Assembly: GCA_943788985.1 (NCBI GenBank)
Contig: CALSSJ010000002.1
Coordinates: 64,001 to 128,000, forward strand
DNA from: an uncultured Lentisphaerales bacterium
GTDB taxonomy: Bacteria > Verrucomicrobiota > Lentisphaeria > JABSQK01 > UBA12247
Reading direction: 5' to 3'
Length of the DNA stretch: 64,000 nucleotides
Below the pieces are notes generated by a model that worked only from the letters and a program-made list of their open reading frames with translations, was not told the origin of the DNA and made no database searches. Within the stretch, counting starts at the first letter, position 1. The number at the start of each line of letters is the position of its first letter. A program made the position numbers and the translations under genes. Positions 52,304-61,940 of this stretch are shown piece after piece.

Positions 52304-55300
52304 CTATTGCTGTTTCAGAATCCAGGTTGAATTCGTTCGCCCATCAAGTGGTACGTTGTAGGTCATGCGGTAGGTGTTGGTGGTGAGATCGTGGTCGGTC
52401 TGCCAAAAGTCGTTGCCACGTACAGACTGGTCGAGCTTGGTCTCGCCGTTAGCGGCCTTGTCATACAGTGCGTAGCCGTCGGGCGACGCTAGCCCTTCGA
52501 ACTGAATGGGAACATAGCCGATACCACCCGTGATGGTAACCTGCACGATGTCTGCGGTCGCCCGCACCATGATCGGGAACTGCTGAAGGAGTTCGCCGCC
52601 GACCACGTCGATGTCCAGATTGTTTCCGCTGACTTCCCGATAGGTGGTCCGCCACGATTGCGGATGCTGCGCGAGATGTTCGCGATAGGCCTCGTTGGAG
52701 CCGCCGTAGCGGTCGGCATTGCGGTGTAGATGGAGCCATTGGGTATCGAGCAGTACGCGGTCCCCGGGCTGGTAGCTCTTAACGACCGGAGGCGGTACGA
52801 GGAGCGTTTCGAGCGTGGCTTCGTTGCCATTCCGCTTCTCGATTTTGACCTGGAAGTGGGGATTGGGATAGTCCGTGCTGCCGAAAGTGGCGTGGTAGTC
52901 CCGTATGACCCAGGAGATGTAGCCGATAGCCCAATCGCGTCCCGCCATGTCGGCGTCCCGCCGGGTTCGTCCCGGGAAGGCTACCCACCATGGGCCGGGG
53001 CCGGTGATTTCCGTAGGTGGAATTAGCAGGTCGCCTCTCTTAGTCTTCCCTTCGATGCGTTTCTCGGCGATCAGGCCATTGGCATTGCCGTAGGCGACGG
53101 TGGTGTCGAAGCAATCGGCGTGCTTTTTCATCAGATACGAGTTTTTCGTGCTGACTTTCTGTTGAAACTGGTACTCGAGTTTCTGGAAGGTGCGGGCGTA
53201 GTCGTTGGTGCGCGGGGTCTGAACGCGGGCGCTGAGCAGGGCTTTTCCGTCGGCCCCATAGGTGCCTTGGTAGAGTACGTCGGTGAGACATGGGCCGTGT
53301 GAGAGGTAGGCGGCTTTCATGCCAGCGTTAGGGATCTTATGGTTCCCGTGATAGAGGCCGAGCCAATCGCCGCCCCAGCCGACATCGGACCAGGTCCATG
53401 GATTGCCGTCTTTACCATTCCGAGCCAATGGCAGGCGGATGTCACAAACCGCGACCTCTGTCGGACTCATGTCGATATCAAAGGTGATGGATTCACCACC
53501 GGATGAGAGGGCCAGCTGGTCCCAGCGGCCGTTGCCGCCCCAGCCGACCAAGGAAAGCTGTGCATGACTTGCAGTGGGTAGGTTGCCGTAGAAGGTGTAC
53601 GGGACGCGCAAGCGATATCGGTTTGCGCCCTTTTTGAGTGGGAGCAGGGTGAAGGCGCGCAGGCCGTTGCCCATGGGAGGATCGTGCCAGTTCTTGCTGA
53701 GCTGTACGGGAATGCCCGATGGCGTGCCATCCGGGTGGCAGAGGATCGGGACCATGGCGGTGTCGTTTGCCGATTCATACATGCGCAGGAGAAACGGGAG
53801 GGGGCGGGTCGCGTCGTCAGCGCAATCGAGCTGGATGTTGAATTCGTCGTAGTTTGTGATCTTGATGTAGCCAACCTCGAAGCGGCGCTCAAGATCTATG
53901 ATGTCCGCGACATAGCAGTTTGAGGTGGCATCGAATCGAATGGGAAAGGTCTGGCCGCCCGGGGTGGTGACGGTCCCAGAAACCTGGCGGTCGCTGGCAC
54001 AGCTGGCGTCGAGATCACAAGTAAGGGTGAGCTGCTTGGGCTGCCCAGCCTCCCAGGCACCGTCAATGGGCTGGGATGCCTTCCATTCACGCTCGGCCGT
54101 CTTGAAACGCAGGTTTACCTGGGCGTTGGTCCATGATGGCACCTTGAACTCAGCGCCGCTGTCGAAGTTTCTTTCGAAGAGAAGCCCCTGCTTGTCGGGA
54201 ATTATGCCGGGGGCGCGGAGATGGGCTTTCAGCTCGTCCTGCGAGAGTACCCGGTTCCAGATACGGAGCTGATCATACAGCCCGTGAATGACCGCCAGCT
54301 CGCCATCGGCACGCTGCCCTATGCGCAGGGCGCCGGTGCCTGGGGTGCGTGGTGCGCCCAGCTTCTTGGAGCCATGACGTTCGCCATCCACATAAAACTC
54401 CATCGTTGTGCCGTCATAGGCAATGGCGTAGTGATACCAGCGGCCGGGCTTAAGCGGGCCGTATTGGGGAATTCGAACTTGGTTCAGCTGGCCGCCAGCG
54501 TTGTTCATGACAGCGGCCACCATTCCGTTGTTATACACGAGCCCGAAGTTTCCCTGGCCCCATTCATTGTCATTTTTGCAGAGCATCCAGCCGTTCATAT
54601 TGCGCTCCAGACCCTTCGGCATTTGCATCCAGATCTCAGCGGTGAACGTGGCTGGATCCAGTTCGGGGCTGTGTGGAATCTGCAACGGGGTGTTGATGAT
54701 GCAGTGGCCGTTCCCGCTGGCGCCCCGATCTGGCCCATCTGCGAACTGTAACGCGGGCTCAAGTTCCGTGGTCAGAGTCAGACTCCCGGGCCAGGCGACG
54801 AGGTCGAGCTTGCCAAAGCAGGCGAATTGCTTGCCTGTCTCATCGGTAAAAACGAGATCGTGAACGATGTAGTGCTGGGCGAAGCGACCAGACCACCAGA
54901 GGTTTGCGTTTTTGAGGCGCTGCACGTCTGTATCCACACCAGCGCGGCAGGTCGTCGCCTGGTAGGTCTTGCCATCGACAACGAGCTCGATCGCTAGCTC
55001 GGCTGGTTGTAGCGTGTCGATGCGCGCCCTACCGGCGTTCAGAGCTCCGACGTAGTCGACGCGATCATTGAATAGGCCAAAGCGCGGGGCTGGTCAGGTC
55101 GTCCATATCCAGCAGGAAGCCGTAGTGTCCGGTCTCGAAGCACAACACGTCTGGGGAGGTGTCTTTCGGGGTCTTTCGCCAGCCATTGGGCCAATAACCA
55201 TAGGAGAACCGACGGGCAGGTTCGGGGAGTACTGTGGTCGCAGCAGCAGTAGCCTCGTTGACCGTCTCGGTTGCTTCGGGGGCTTGGGCAAGGCATTCTG

Positions 55301-55358
55301 CGGACACAATGAGTGCCACCAGGGACAACCAAGTCGCAAAGGTTCGAATTCTATTCAT
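52304..55358 (-). CDS. Large secreted LamG/ConA-like domain protein split by a +1 frameshift at G4 55086-55089
   Basis: The signal-peptide ORF 55065-55358 joins the 52304-54937 frame if one base is removed (DDLTSP/RFGLFND...TCRAGVDTDV). LamG motifs FTAEIW, WYHYAIAYDG..FYVDG, DQLRIWNRVLS. Confidence 0.8.
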
Positions 55359-55920
55359 GTGAGATCTCTTATGCCTTCCTAAAAAGGGCTACTGATTACC
55401 AGTCTTCGTCGGAAACTCGAGAAATTTGGCGGCGCTTCGTTTCGTTTTCCGGCCTCAACCATACTGGGTAACGTGCGCACACCTGCTGCCGTGATGGGAG
55501 TAGTTCACTCGTTTTTCGTCGCCTCCAGCAAGCCTTTCTGCTCCAGGAACTGGCCTATTTCATGCGTGATGGCGTCAAGATGTAGACCGGAGCCAAAGCC
55601 CTCCTTGATCTAGTTTCGCAATGGAATCCCGGATATTTTGAGCGCTGCGACAAAGCTCTGGCCGTTGCGCTCTTCGCGTCTCGATTCCGGCTTGTCGGTG
55701 TAGGCGGCTTCGTCCAGCAGCCCAGACGACGTGGCACGTCACGACTTACCGTTCTTTCCCAACCCGAAAACCAAAACCATCGCAATCAAATGCAACTTAT
55801 TTCGCCGTCGCATCAGTAGGCCGGGAAGGTCCCGTATTGGCGGAGTTCGCACCGCGATGGGGACGATGTCTTGCGTCGCCGCCTTGAGCGCCTCCACGCA
55901 TGCGCACCCTACTACCTCCC

Positions 55921-56262
55921 CTTCTTGAGCATGGTTCGGACATGACAAACGCAGCACGCCGATTGGCAACGAAGACAATAGGGCTGTCGTGCTGTGCATT
56001 GCTGCTGGCGTGGCCAAGCCTGTACGCGCTGGGGCAGTTGTACAGCGAGAGCGCGGACTGCAGCCATGGCTTTATGATCCCGCTGTTCGCGATCCCGCTG
56101 CTAATGCTATTGGTGGGGGTGCTCACCCGGGCGCTGCGTGCCTTGGTTTCGACAATGGCGGAGCCGCTAATTCGGCTATGCGGGATCAGCATTTTTCGCG
56201 AGGTAAATGTGATGCATCTGGCGAATATGTCGCTGGGAGTGGACGATGCCTGCAGCTGAGGC
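55921..56262 (+). pseudogene. Internally deleted exosortase remnant (copy 2)
   Basis: SHGFMIP near the N-terminus is joined after a short stretch to IFREVNVMHL...LGVDDACS* (exosortase REGN...V..ACSG motif). Confidence 0.7.
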
Positions 56263-56389
56263 GCTGGATGAATCGCTCGAGCTGCACGGGCTGCCGATGT
56301 TTGGTTCGTTTCGTCAAGGAGGAATGCTCGCCGACGACTATGGTGGGTAGATCGCGTGATACCTCGCTATTTTAGGGTGAATTGAAAGT

Positions 56390-56944
56390 ATGGAACAATT
56401 TATAACGCTCATGTTTGCTGGCGGTCTGGCTGCTTGGTTACTTCCTGGCTGCGGGCAACCTGCGGAGCCGGCTGCTACGAGCGAGGCGGGAAAAGCACCT
56501 GCCGCGACTGCTTTGCCCTATCACCAGGTGATCGAAGCGGAGTCCGCAACGGTGGCTGATGGCGATTTTGCGGAATTCGCAACCCCTGGGGCATCGGCTG
56601 GCGCTTGTCTGCGGATTGCGCCGAGTGCGGAGAAAAAGGCGTTTGGCGGATCTGCGGAGTTCGCAATTGAGCTGCCGAAGGCGCAGCAGGTGAGTATCTG
56701 GTTTCGGACGAGGTGGGGTGGGACGTGTGCGAATTCGTTCGAGCTGGTGGCACCGGCCGGGCCGCTGCAGTTGATTGGGGAGGATGGAACTTATGGGGCT
56801 TGGCACTGGGTCAAAGGATCGCGGCTGCCGCTGGCGGCTGGAAAGAATGTGTTTGTAATGAAACCGCGGGAGCCGGATGTGCAGATTGATCAGATCGTGG
56901 TGACCGCCGATGAGGGCTTTGTACCGATGGGAGTGGAGCAATGA
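56390..56944 (+). CDS. Lipoprotein with a beta-sandwich (carbohydrate-binding-like) domain
   Basis: Lipobox LPGC; IEAE, WHWV, L.AG.N, RE..VQIDQI patterns. Confidence 0.65.
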   Translation: MEQFITLMFAGGLAAWLLPGCGQPAEPAATSEAGKAPAATALPYHQVIEAESATVADGDFAEFATPGASAGACLRIAPSAEKKAFGGSAEFAIELPKAQQVSIWFRTRWGGTCANSFELVAPAGPLQLIGEDGTYGAWHWVKGSRLPLAAGKNVFVMKPREPDVQIDQIVVTADEGFVPMGVEQ

Positions 56945-57657
56945 CAGTACACCGAGACTTGTGCCTGAGCAGTTGGTACATGACGCTCGGGGCGTACACG
57001 TTTCCGACGGTGTTCGTGCCGTTGCCAAATGACGCGCGGGCGGCTTTAGCCGTCGGCACCAACGAAGGCTTGGAAGTGATCGACATGAAACACCGGCTGC
57101 AACGCGCACTGCGGATGCTGCCGGGCAGTGGCTTTGTGCATGCAGACGGCTGCGCACCGACGGACTCGCCGGTGTTTCAGCGCGATAATGGCGCGGTGAG
57201 CACGGGAGATGGGGCCTGGCAGATGCTGATTTCCAGCACTAAGGCGCGGGCAGCCGCAGAGAGCGGGGAGACCGAGCGCCTAGCTATGCATAGCTACCGA
57301 CGCATGGAGCCAGCACGGGAGTTTCGGCTGTTTATTCATCATCGCCGGCCGGTGGCGATGTCACAGCGAAATTTGGACCGCTACTACGCGAGCTTGGCGA
57401 AACGCCGGAATGATTATTGGCGGCAGGCGAGGGATTTTGCTTTGGATATCAGCCACCTGTGGCCGCGCGAGCACTTGGTGGCGGATGTCTATCTCACATC
57501 GAGCGGTGACTTCATTATTCTGGACCTGAACCCATGGGGGGCAGAGACGGATCCGCTGCTGTTGCTGGACTGGGATCGGGACTGGTCTGAGGACCTGGGC
57601 TTGAAGATTGTGCCAAGACCAGTCAAGTTTACGGGGAACATTCAAGTATCATTCTGA
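56941..57657 (+). CDS. Cdc123/D123-like (R2K clade) ATP-grasp protein
   Basis: SSWY...TFPT.FVPLP, APTDS, EFRLFI....VAMSQR, DVY, ILDLNPWG..TDPLL..W. Confidence 0.75.
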   Translation: MTVHRDLCLSSWYMTLGAYTFPTVFVPLPNDARAALAVGTNEGLEVIDMKHRLQRALRMLPGSGFVHADGCAPTDSPVFQRDNGAVSTGDGAWQMLISSTKARAAAESGETERLAMHSYRRMEPAREFRLFIHHRRPVAMSQRNLDRYYASLAKRRNDYWRQARDFALDISHLWPREHLVADVYLTSSGDFIILDLNPWGAETDPLLLLDWDRDWSEDLGLKIVPRPVKFTGNIQVSF

Positions 57658-57722
57658 TGAAAGACCGCCGAGGTTGTCGCTTCAGATGCGACGGTACACG
57701 CCCCAGCAGTAAGAGGTCCCCG

Positions 57723-58079
57723 ATGAGCGAGACAAACCAGACACAGAACAAGAAACGCGAACAGAGTTGGGCAGATAAGCTTGGGCCCGGCGCGATCTGG
57801 GCGGCGGTGACCGACATCCCCAGATTCATGACTAGCAAGCACGTCGAAACGAGTAAGAAGCTTGCACTGATCCTGTCTGTCATCTACCTGTTGTCTCCGG
57901 TCGATGTGTTGCCGGAGCTTTTTGCGCCGTTTATTGGCTGGATTGATGACGTGGCGTTGGGCGCGTGGATTCTTGGGATGGTCCAGGCGGCGCGGGTACG
58001 CGAAATTGAAGAAGATAACTCGCCTGCTGGATCGGACCCTGAGAAGGTGATCGATGTAGAGGCACAACCGGTTCTATGA
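57723..58079 (+). CDS. YkvA/DUF1232 family membrane protein
   Basis: YLLSPVDVLPE..PFIGWIDD. Confidence 0.85.
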   Translation: MSETNQTQNKKREQSWADKLGPGAIWAAVTDIPRFMTSKHVETSKKLALILSVIYLLSPVDVLPELFAPFIGWIDDVALGAWILGMVQAARVREIEEDNSPAGSDPEKVIDVEAQPVL

Positions 58080-58106
58080 CCGGCCTAATTATGTTGAGGA
58101 TGATCT

Positions 58107-59390
58107 GTGTTTGAACTCTTGGAACGGTCCACCGAGCAGCGCCATGCACTCCTGGTGGCCGTCTGCCCCCAGCAGTCTACGGTAGAGCATGCGAACGAAA
58201 TGCTCGACGAACTTGCCGAGCTTGCCGAAACGTACGGTGCCGAGGCATCGGCACGCCGTGTGATCCGCCTGAGTAAACCTCAGGCGAGGTACCTGATCGG
58301 CTCCGGAAATGCGGATTCGATCGTGGAGCAATGTCGAGAGCAGAAACTCGATATGATCATTTTTGACGACGAGCTCTCGCCGTCCCAGCAGCGAAACTGG
58401 GAGAAGTTGGCCGAGATCCCGGTGGTCGATCGCCACGAGGTTATTCTGGGAATTTTTGGTCGCCGGGCTCGGACGCGCGAGGCCAAGCTGCAGGTTCAGC
58501 TGGCCCAGTCCGAGTACTCTCTGCCACGCTTGAAAAATGCCTGGACACATTTGTCCCGTCAGCAGGGCGGTGTGGGGATTCGCGGCGGCGAAGGTGAGAA
58601 GCAGATCGAGCTGGACGGGAGAATGGTCAGGCATCGCATTACGCATCTCAAGCGGGAGCTGGAGGAGCTGAAGAAGCATCGCGCAGAGCAACGCAAGAAG
58701 CGCACGCAGCAACCGATTCCCTCGGCAGCAATTGTTGGCTACACGAATGCGGGAAAATCTTCGCTGTTGAACAAGCTGACGCAGGCGGATGCTTTTGTCG
58801 AGAATAAGCTGTTCGCGACGCTGGACCCGACGACGCGGCGGCTCGCCCTGCCGAATAATCAGACGTTGCTGTTGACGGACACGGTCGGATTCATCCGCAA
58901 GCTGCCGCATGACTTGGTCGAATCGTTTAAGTCGACGCTGGAGTCTGCAGCTGATGCAGAATTTCTGATTCACGTGGTGGATATCACCAGTGCGCATGCC
59001 GAAGACCACATCCGGACGACGGAAGAGGTGCTCGAGGAGATTGGCGCGGGTGAGCACTACCGGGTGCTGGTCTTCAACAAGGTGGATGCGATCGAGGATG
59101 AGTTTCTGCTGTCGCGCTTTCGTCGGCGTCATCCGGAGGCGTTCTTCATCTCGGTGCATGCGGGGGATGGGCTGGAGGTGCTGGTGGAAGAGCTGGCAGA
59201 GGTGTTGGCCCAGAAGATGGGGACCATGGAATTGCGGATTCCGCAAGCGCGCTACGACGTCGTGGCCTCGGTGCATCGCACAAGCCAGGTGCTGAAGGAA
59301 ACGTATGACGACGATGGCACGGTGCTGCTCGAAGCCGTGGTGCCGGATCGAAGTCGCTACGAATATGCGGAGTTCGTGGCCGGTGACTGA
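58107..59390 (+). CDS. hflX: GTPase HflX
   Basis: LSPSQQRN, VGYTNAGKSSL, LFATLDPT, TDTVGFI, NKVD. Confidence 0.97.
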   Translation: MFELLERSTEQRHALLVAVCPQQSTVEHANEMLDELAELAETYGAEASARRVIRLSKPQARYLIGSGNADSIVEQCREQKLDMIIFDDELSPSQQRNWEKLAEIPVVDRHEVILGIFGRRARTREAKLQVQLAQSEYSLPRLKNAWTHLSRQQGGVGIRGGEGEKQIELDGRMVRHRITHLKRELEELKKHRAEQRKKRTQQPIPSAAIVGYTNAGKSSLLNKLTQADAFVENKLFATLDPTTRRLALPNNQTLLLTDTVGFIRKLPHDLVESFKSTLESAADAEFLIHVVDITSAHAEDHIRTTEEVLEEIGAGEHYRVLVFNKVDAIEDEFLLSRFRRRHPEAFFISVHAGDGLEVLVEELAEVLAQKMGTMELRIPQARYDVVASVHRTSQVLKETYDDDGTVLLEAVVPDRSRYEYAEFVAGD

Positions 59391-60066
59391 CTGGCGCAAG
59401 GGGCTGCAGGCAGTGATCATTAGTGACCTGCACCTGGGCTCGCCGCACACGAGAACGGAGCGGATTCTGGCCTTGCTGGACAAGCTGCCGCCGGGCGTGG
59501 AGCTGGTCTTGAATGGTGACACGCTGGATCGCTCGTCTGGGGAGATGTCGGACGAGCACCGAGTGGTTTCCGAGAGGCTGTTTGCTGAACGAAAGCTGCG
59601 GCCGTTGGTCTGGATCTGCGGAAACCATGATGTGCTGTTTCAGCCACCAGAGCTTGAGGTGCTGGAGACGTATCAGGTGAGCCCTGGCGTGATGGTGGCG
59701 CACGGGCACCATTTTCACGGCAGTTGCAAGTGGCTGCGGCCGTTCTTCCGCATTTGCAAAGCGCTCATCTGGCTGCGCACAAGCTGTCATGGCTCCGGCA
59801 TCCATCCGGCGGCATACGCCAAGCGATGGCCCACATTGTACAGCTGGCTGCGTAAGGAAGTGCGCGACAACGCGCGCAGGTTCGCCAAGGCGCAGGGCTG
59901 CGAGGTCATGATCTGCGGGCACGTGCACTTCTCGGAGGATTCGACGGCAGACGGCGTTCGCTATGTCAACTCTGGTGCCTGGACCGAGGACTCGACGCAC
60001 TGCGTACTGATCTATGAGCACCAGCGAACCGAGTTGGTCGAGGATCCGGACCTGGTGCTGGTCTGA
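59383..60066 (+). CDS. Metallophosphoesterase, UDP-2,3-diacylglucosamine hydrolase-like
   Basis: ISDLHLG, LNGD, GNHD, AHGH, ICGHVH, YVNSGAW. Confidence 0.85.
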   Translation: MTDWRKGLQAVIISDLHLGSPHTRTERILALLDKLPPGVELVLNGDTLDRSSGEMSDEHRVVSERLFAERKLRPLVWICGNHDVLFQPPELEVLETYQVSPGVMVAHGHHFHGSCKWLRPFFRICKALIWLRTSCHGSGIHPAAYAKRWPTLYSWLRKEVRDNARRFAKAQGCEVMICGHVHFSEDSTADGVRYVNSGAWTEDSTHCVLIYEHQRTELVEDPDLVLV

Positions 60067-60111
60067 TGAGGTGGATAGCAGCCTTGTCCCGGCGCTATGT
60101 GCAGCGTCTCT

Positions 60112-61059
60112 CTACGTTTGCTCTCGTAAACAGCGCAAGCTGAACAACTTGCCGCCTTCTGGAAGCTCGCCGGTGCCATATCGTCGTTGCTTCGCCCGGT
60201 CTTCGCCGTACATCTCCGTCGCAACCTGCTGTACGAACAACTTGGAGCCGATTACGGCGCCATCTGTCCAATACCGAACACGACGCGAAGCCACCAACTG
60301 GATGGCTGGCTTTCGCTTCGCCTCGTCGTAGGCGGCCTTCACCGTATCACCCGTTGCGTCCTTTCGTGCAGCTTCCATCGTTCGGGCAATATCGGCCCGT
60401 AGCTCGTCTGCGACCTCCGCAACACTCCAGTGCCTAGCGCGCTCACCCAGGGAGCACTTGACGTATTTAAAGAACGCCCGTCCAAAGGGGTGCTTTCCTG
60501 AGCCGTTCCAGACACCCCAGCTGCAGAATCGATAGTCGGCGGGGTTCTCGACAATTCCGGCACGAACCGAGTTCAATTCGATGTACTTAATGCATGTCCA
60601 CAACGAAGCTTTTCCATCCAATAGCACGCTTTTGAAGCGATCAGCCCAGAGCCGACCGCGACGTGTGATCTTGCGCGTCCGATTGAACCAGATCGTGAAG
60701 CTCTGTTGTAGGTCACGAACCATGCAACTGAAGTCGATCATCCGTGCTCGGATCTCCTCAATATCGGGGACCTCTGCGTCGATCTGGCGTTTGCCCTCGT
60801 AGTAGCTGTTATAGCGGCGAACCGCCTCCTCCTCGCTCGGCAACGCACACGGCACATGAATCACTGCGTGCCAATGATTGCTCATTACCGTGTAGCTGAC
60901 TACCTCCACTGTGTAAAAGCGCTGCACTTTGTGCAGCAGCTTGACGAACATCTCCTGCTCGACAGGTCCGAACGGTCGATCCTGATGCGTGCCCGCCGTC
61001 CGATTCATTACGTGGTAGAATGCTCCACCACCTCGGTATTTGATGCGTGCAATTCTCAT
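60112..61059 (-). mobile_element. REP-associated tyrosine transposase (RAYT, Y1/HUH family)
   Basis: YHVMNR, MSNHWH (HUH), LWADRFKSVL, YIELNSVRAGIVENPADYRFCS. Confidence 0.88.
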
Positions 61060-61147
61060 TCCTTGGGTCTTCCCTATTGACCTTTACTCATTTCCTAAGT
61101 TATCCTCATCCCTGACTAAATCCATTCCTATTTTGTAATTAAAACCA

Positions 61148-61177
61148 TGTCCCTTAAAAGTTTGTCCCTTAAAAGTT
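61148..61177. repeat. Perfect 15-bp tandem duplication TGTCCCTTAAAAGTT x2 upstream of the RAYT
   Basis: Copies at 61148-61162 and 61163-61177, in an AT-rich leader. Confidence 0.85.
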
Positions 61178-61250
61178 GCTCATGCCAGAGCGGACCGGAT
61201 GACCGGATAACTGGTAATATCAGACTAGCGTCTGACGGGTAGGCGACGCA

Positions 61251-61583
61251 TCAGCAGTGAATTTCGAGTGCATACTTGAGAGCGACATCTAAAGCCTGGC
61301 GACGATGCTCAGGAAGTGTCGCCACAAATTCAGTCAGGCGCCGCTTGAAGAGAAAAATGAGGAAGTCACAGCGAACGGCGCTTGCATGGGGCAAACCATC
61401 TTCTGAACTGAGCACCAGTTCGCTGTGCAGGCCGAGGATTTGGCTGTAAATTGGCGCGCAGAAGACCGTTGAGATGTCCGGATTGGCCGCGATAAAAGTG
61501 CGTGAGATGAAGAGATAAAATCCAGGTTTATCGCCACGTTTCGAGATTCGTTCTGATGTGCGATAGATCTCGCCGCGTTTCAC
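61251..61583 (-). CDS. PemK/MazF-family toxin
   Basis: MKRGEIY, ISR, APIYS, GL...SAVRCD, LDVALK.AL; GTGA overlap with the antitoxin stop. Confidence 0.8.
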   Translation of the reverse strand: MKRGEIYRTSERISKRGDKPGFYLFISRTFIAANPDISTVFCAPIYSQILGLHSELVLSSEDGLPHASAVRCDFLIFLFKRRLTEFVATLPEHRRQALDVALKYALEIHC

Positions 61584-61813
61584 AGCTCGGCCTGTTCGAC
61601 GACCAATGCAAGAGCTTATCGCTCAACCAACTCACGGTTTTCTCTCCAGATTCCCCGCTCTGCGGCTTCGAGTTGACGGGTTTCCGCTGCTTGGAGAAAC
61701 TCTCGCAATGCCTCCCGGACTAGAGCCGAACGGCTCTTGGATTGCTAACGCTTAATACAGGCATCCAATGCTAGCAGTATTGGCGTTTCAATAGTAATTG
61801 CAATGGTTTTCAT
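61580..61813 (-). pseudogene. Ribbon-helix-helix (CopG-like) antitoxin with two in-frame stops
   Basis: MKTIAITIE..LL.ALD....*..SRSALVREALREFL; 78-codon frame with TAG 61745-61747 and TAA 61616-61618. Confidence 0.8.
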
Positions 61814-61940
61814 ATTGTAGCTGTATTGACTAATGAGGAGATTTGCAAGGTTTTTACTTGCTTGGGATCCAGGCATCCAGGCATAGGCGGGGCAAAAGCA
61901 GGCGCAACCCAATGCGTCGTCCCTACCCCTATTTAGGTGC

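Noticed and set aside
58089..59522. 477-aa minus-strand ORF
   Set aside because: Antisense shadow of hflX, typical of high-GC DNA; no motifs.
994..61747. Genome-wide TAG reassignment suggested by in-frame ambers in fkp, DegT and the antitoxin
   Set aside because: TAG ends several genes at the expected position (sulfatase 25814-25816, gcvT-like 33914-33916, exbD 37810-37812), long core genes have no internal TAG, and the antitoxin also has a TAA.
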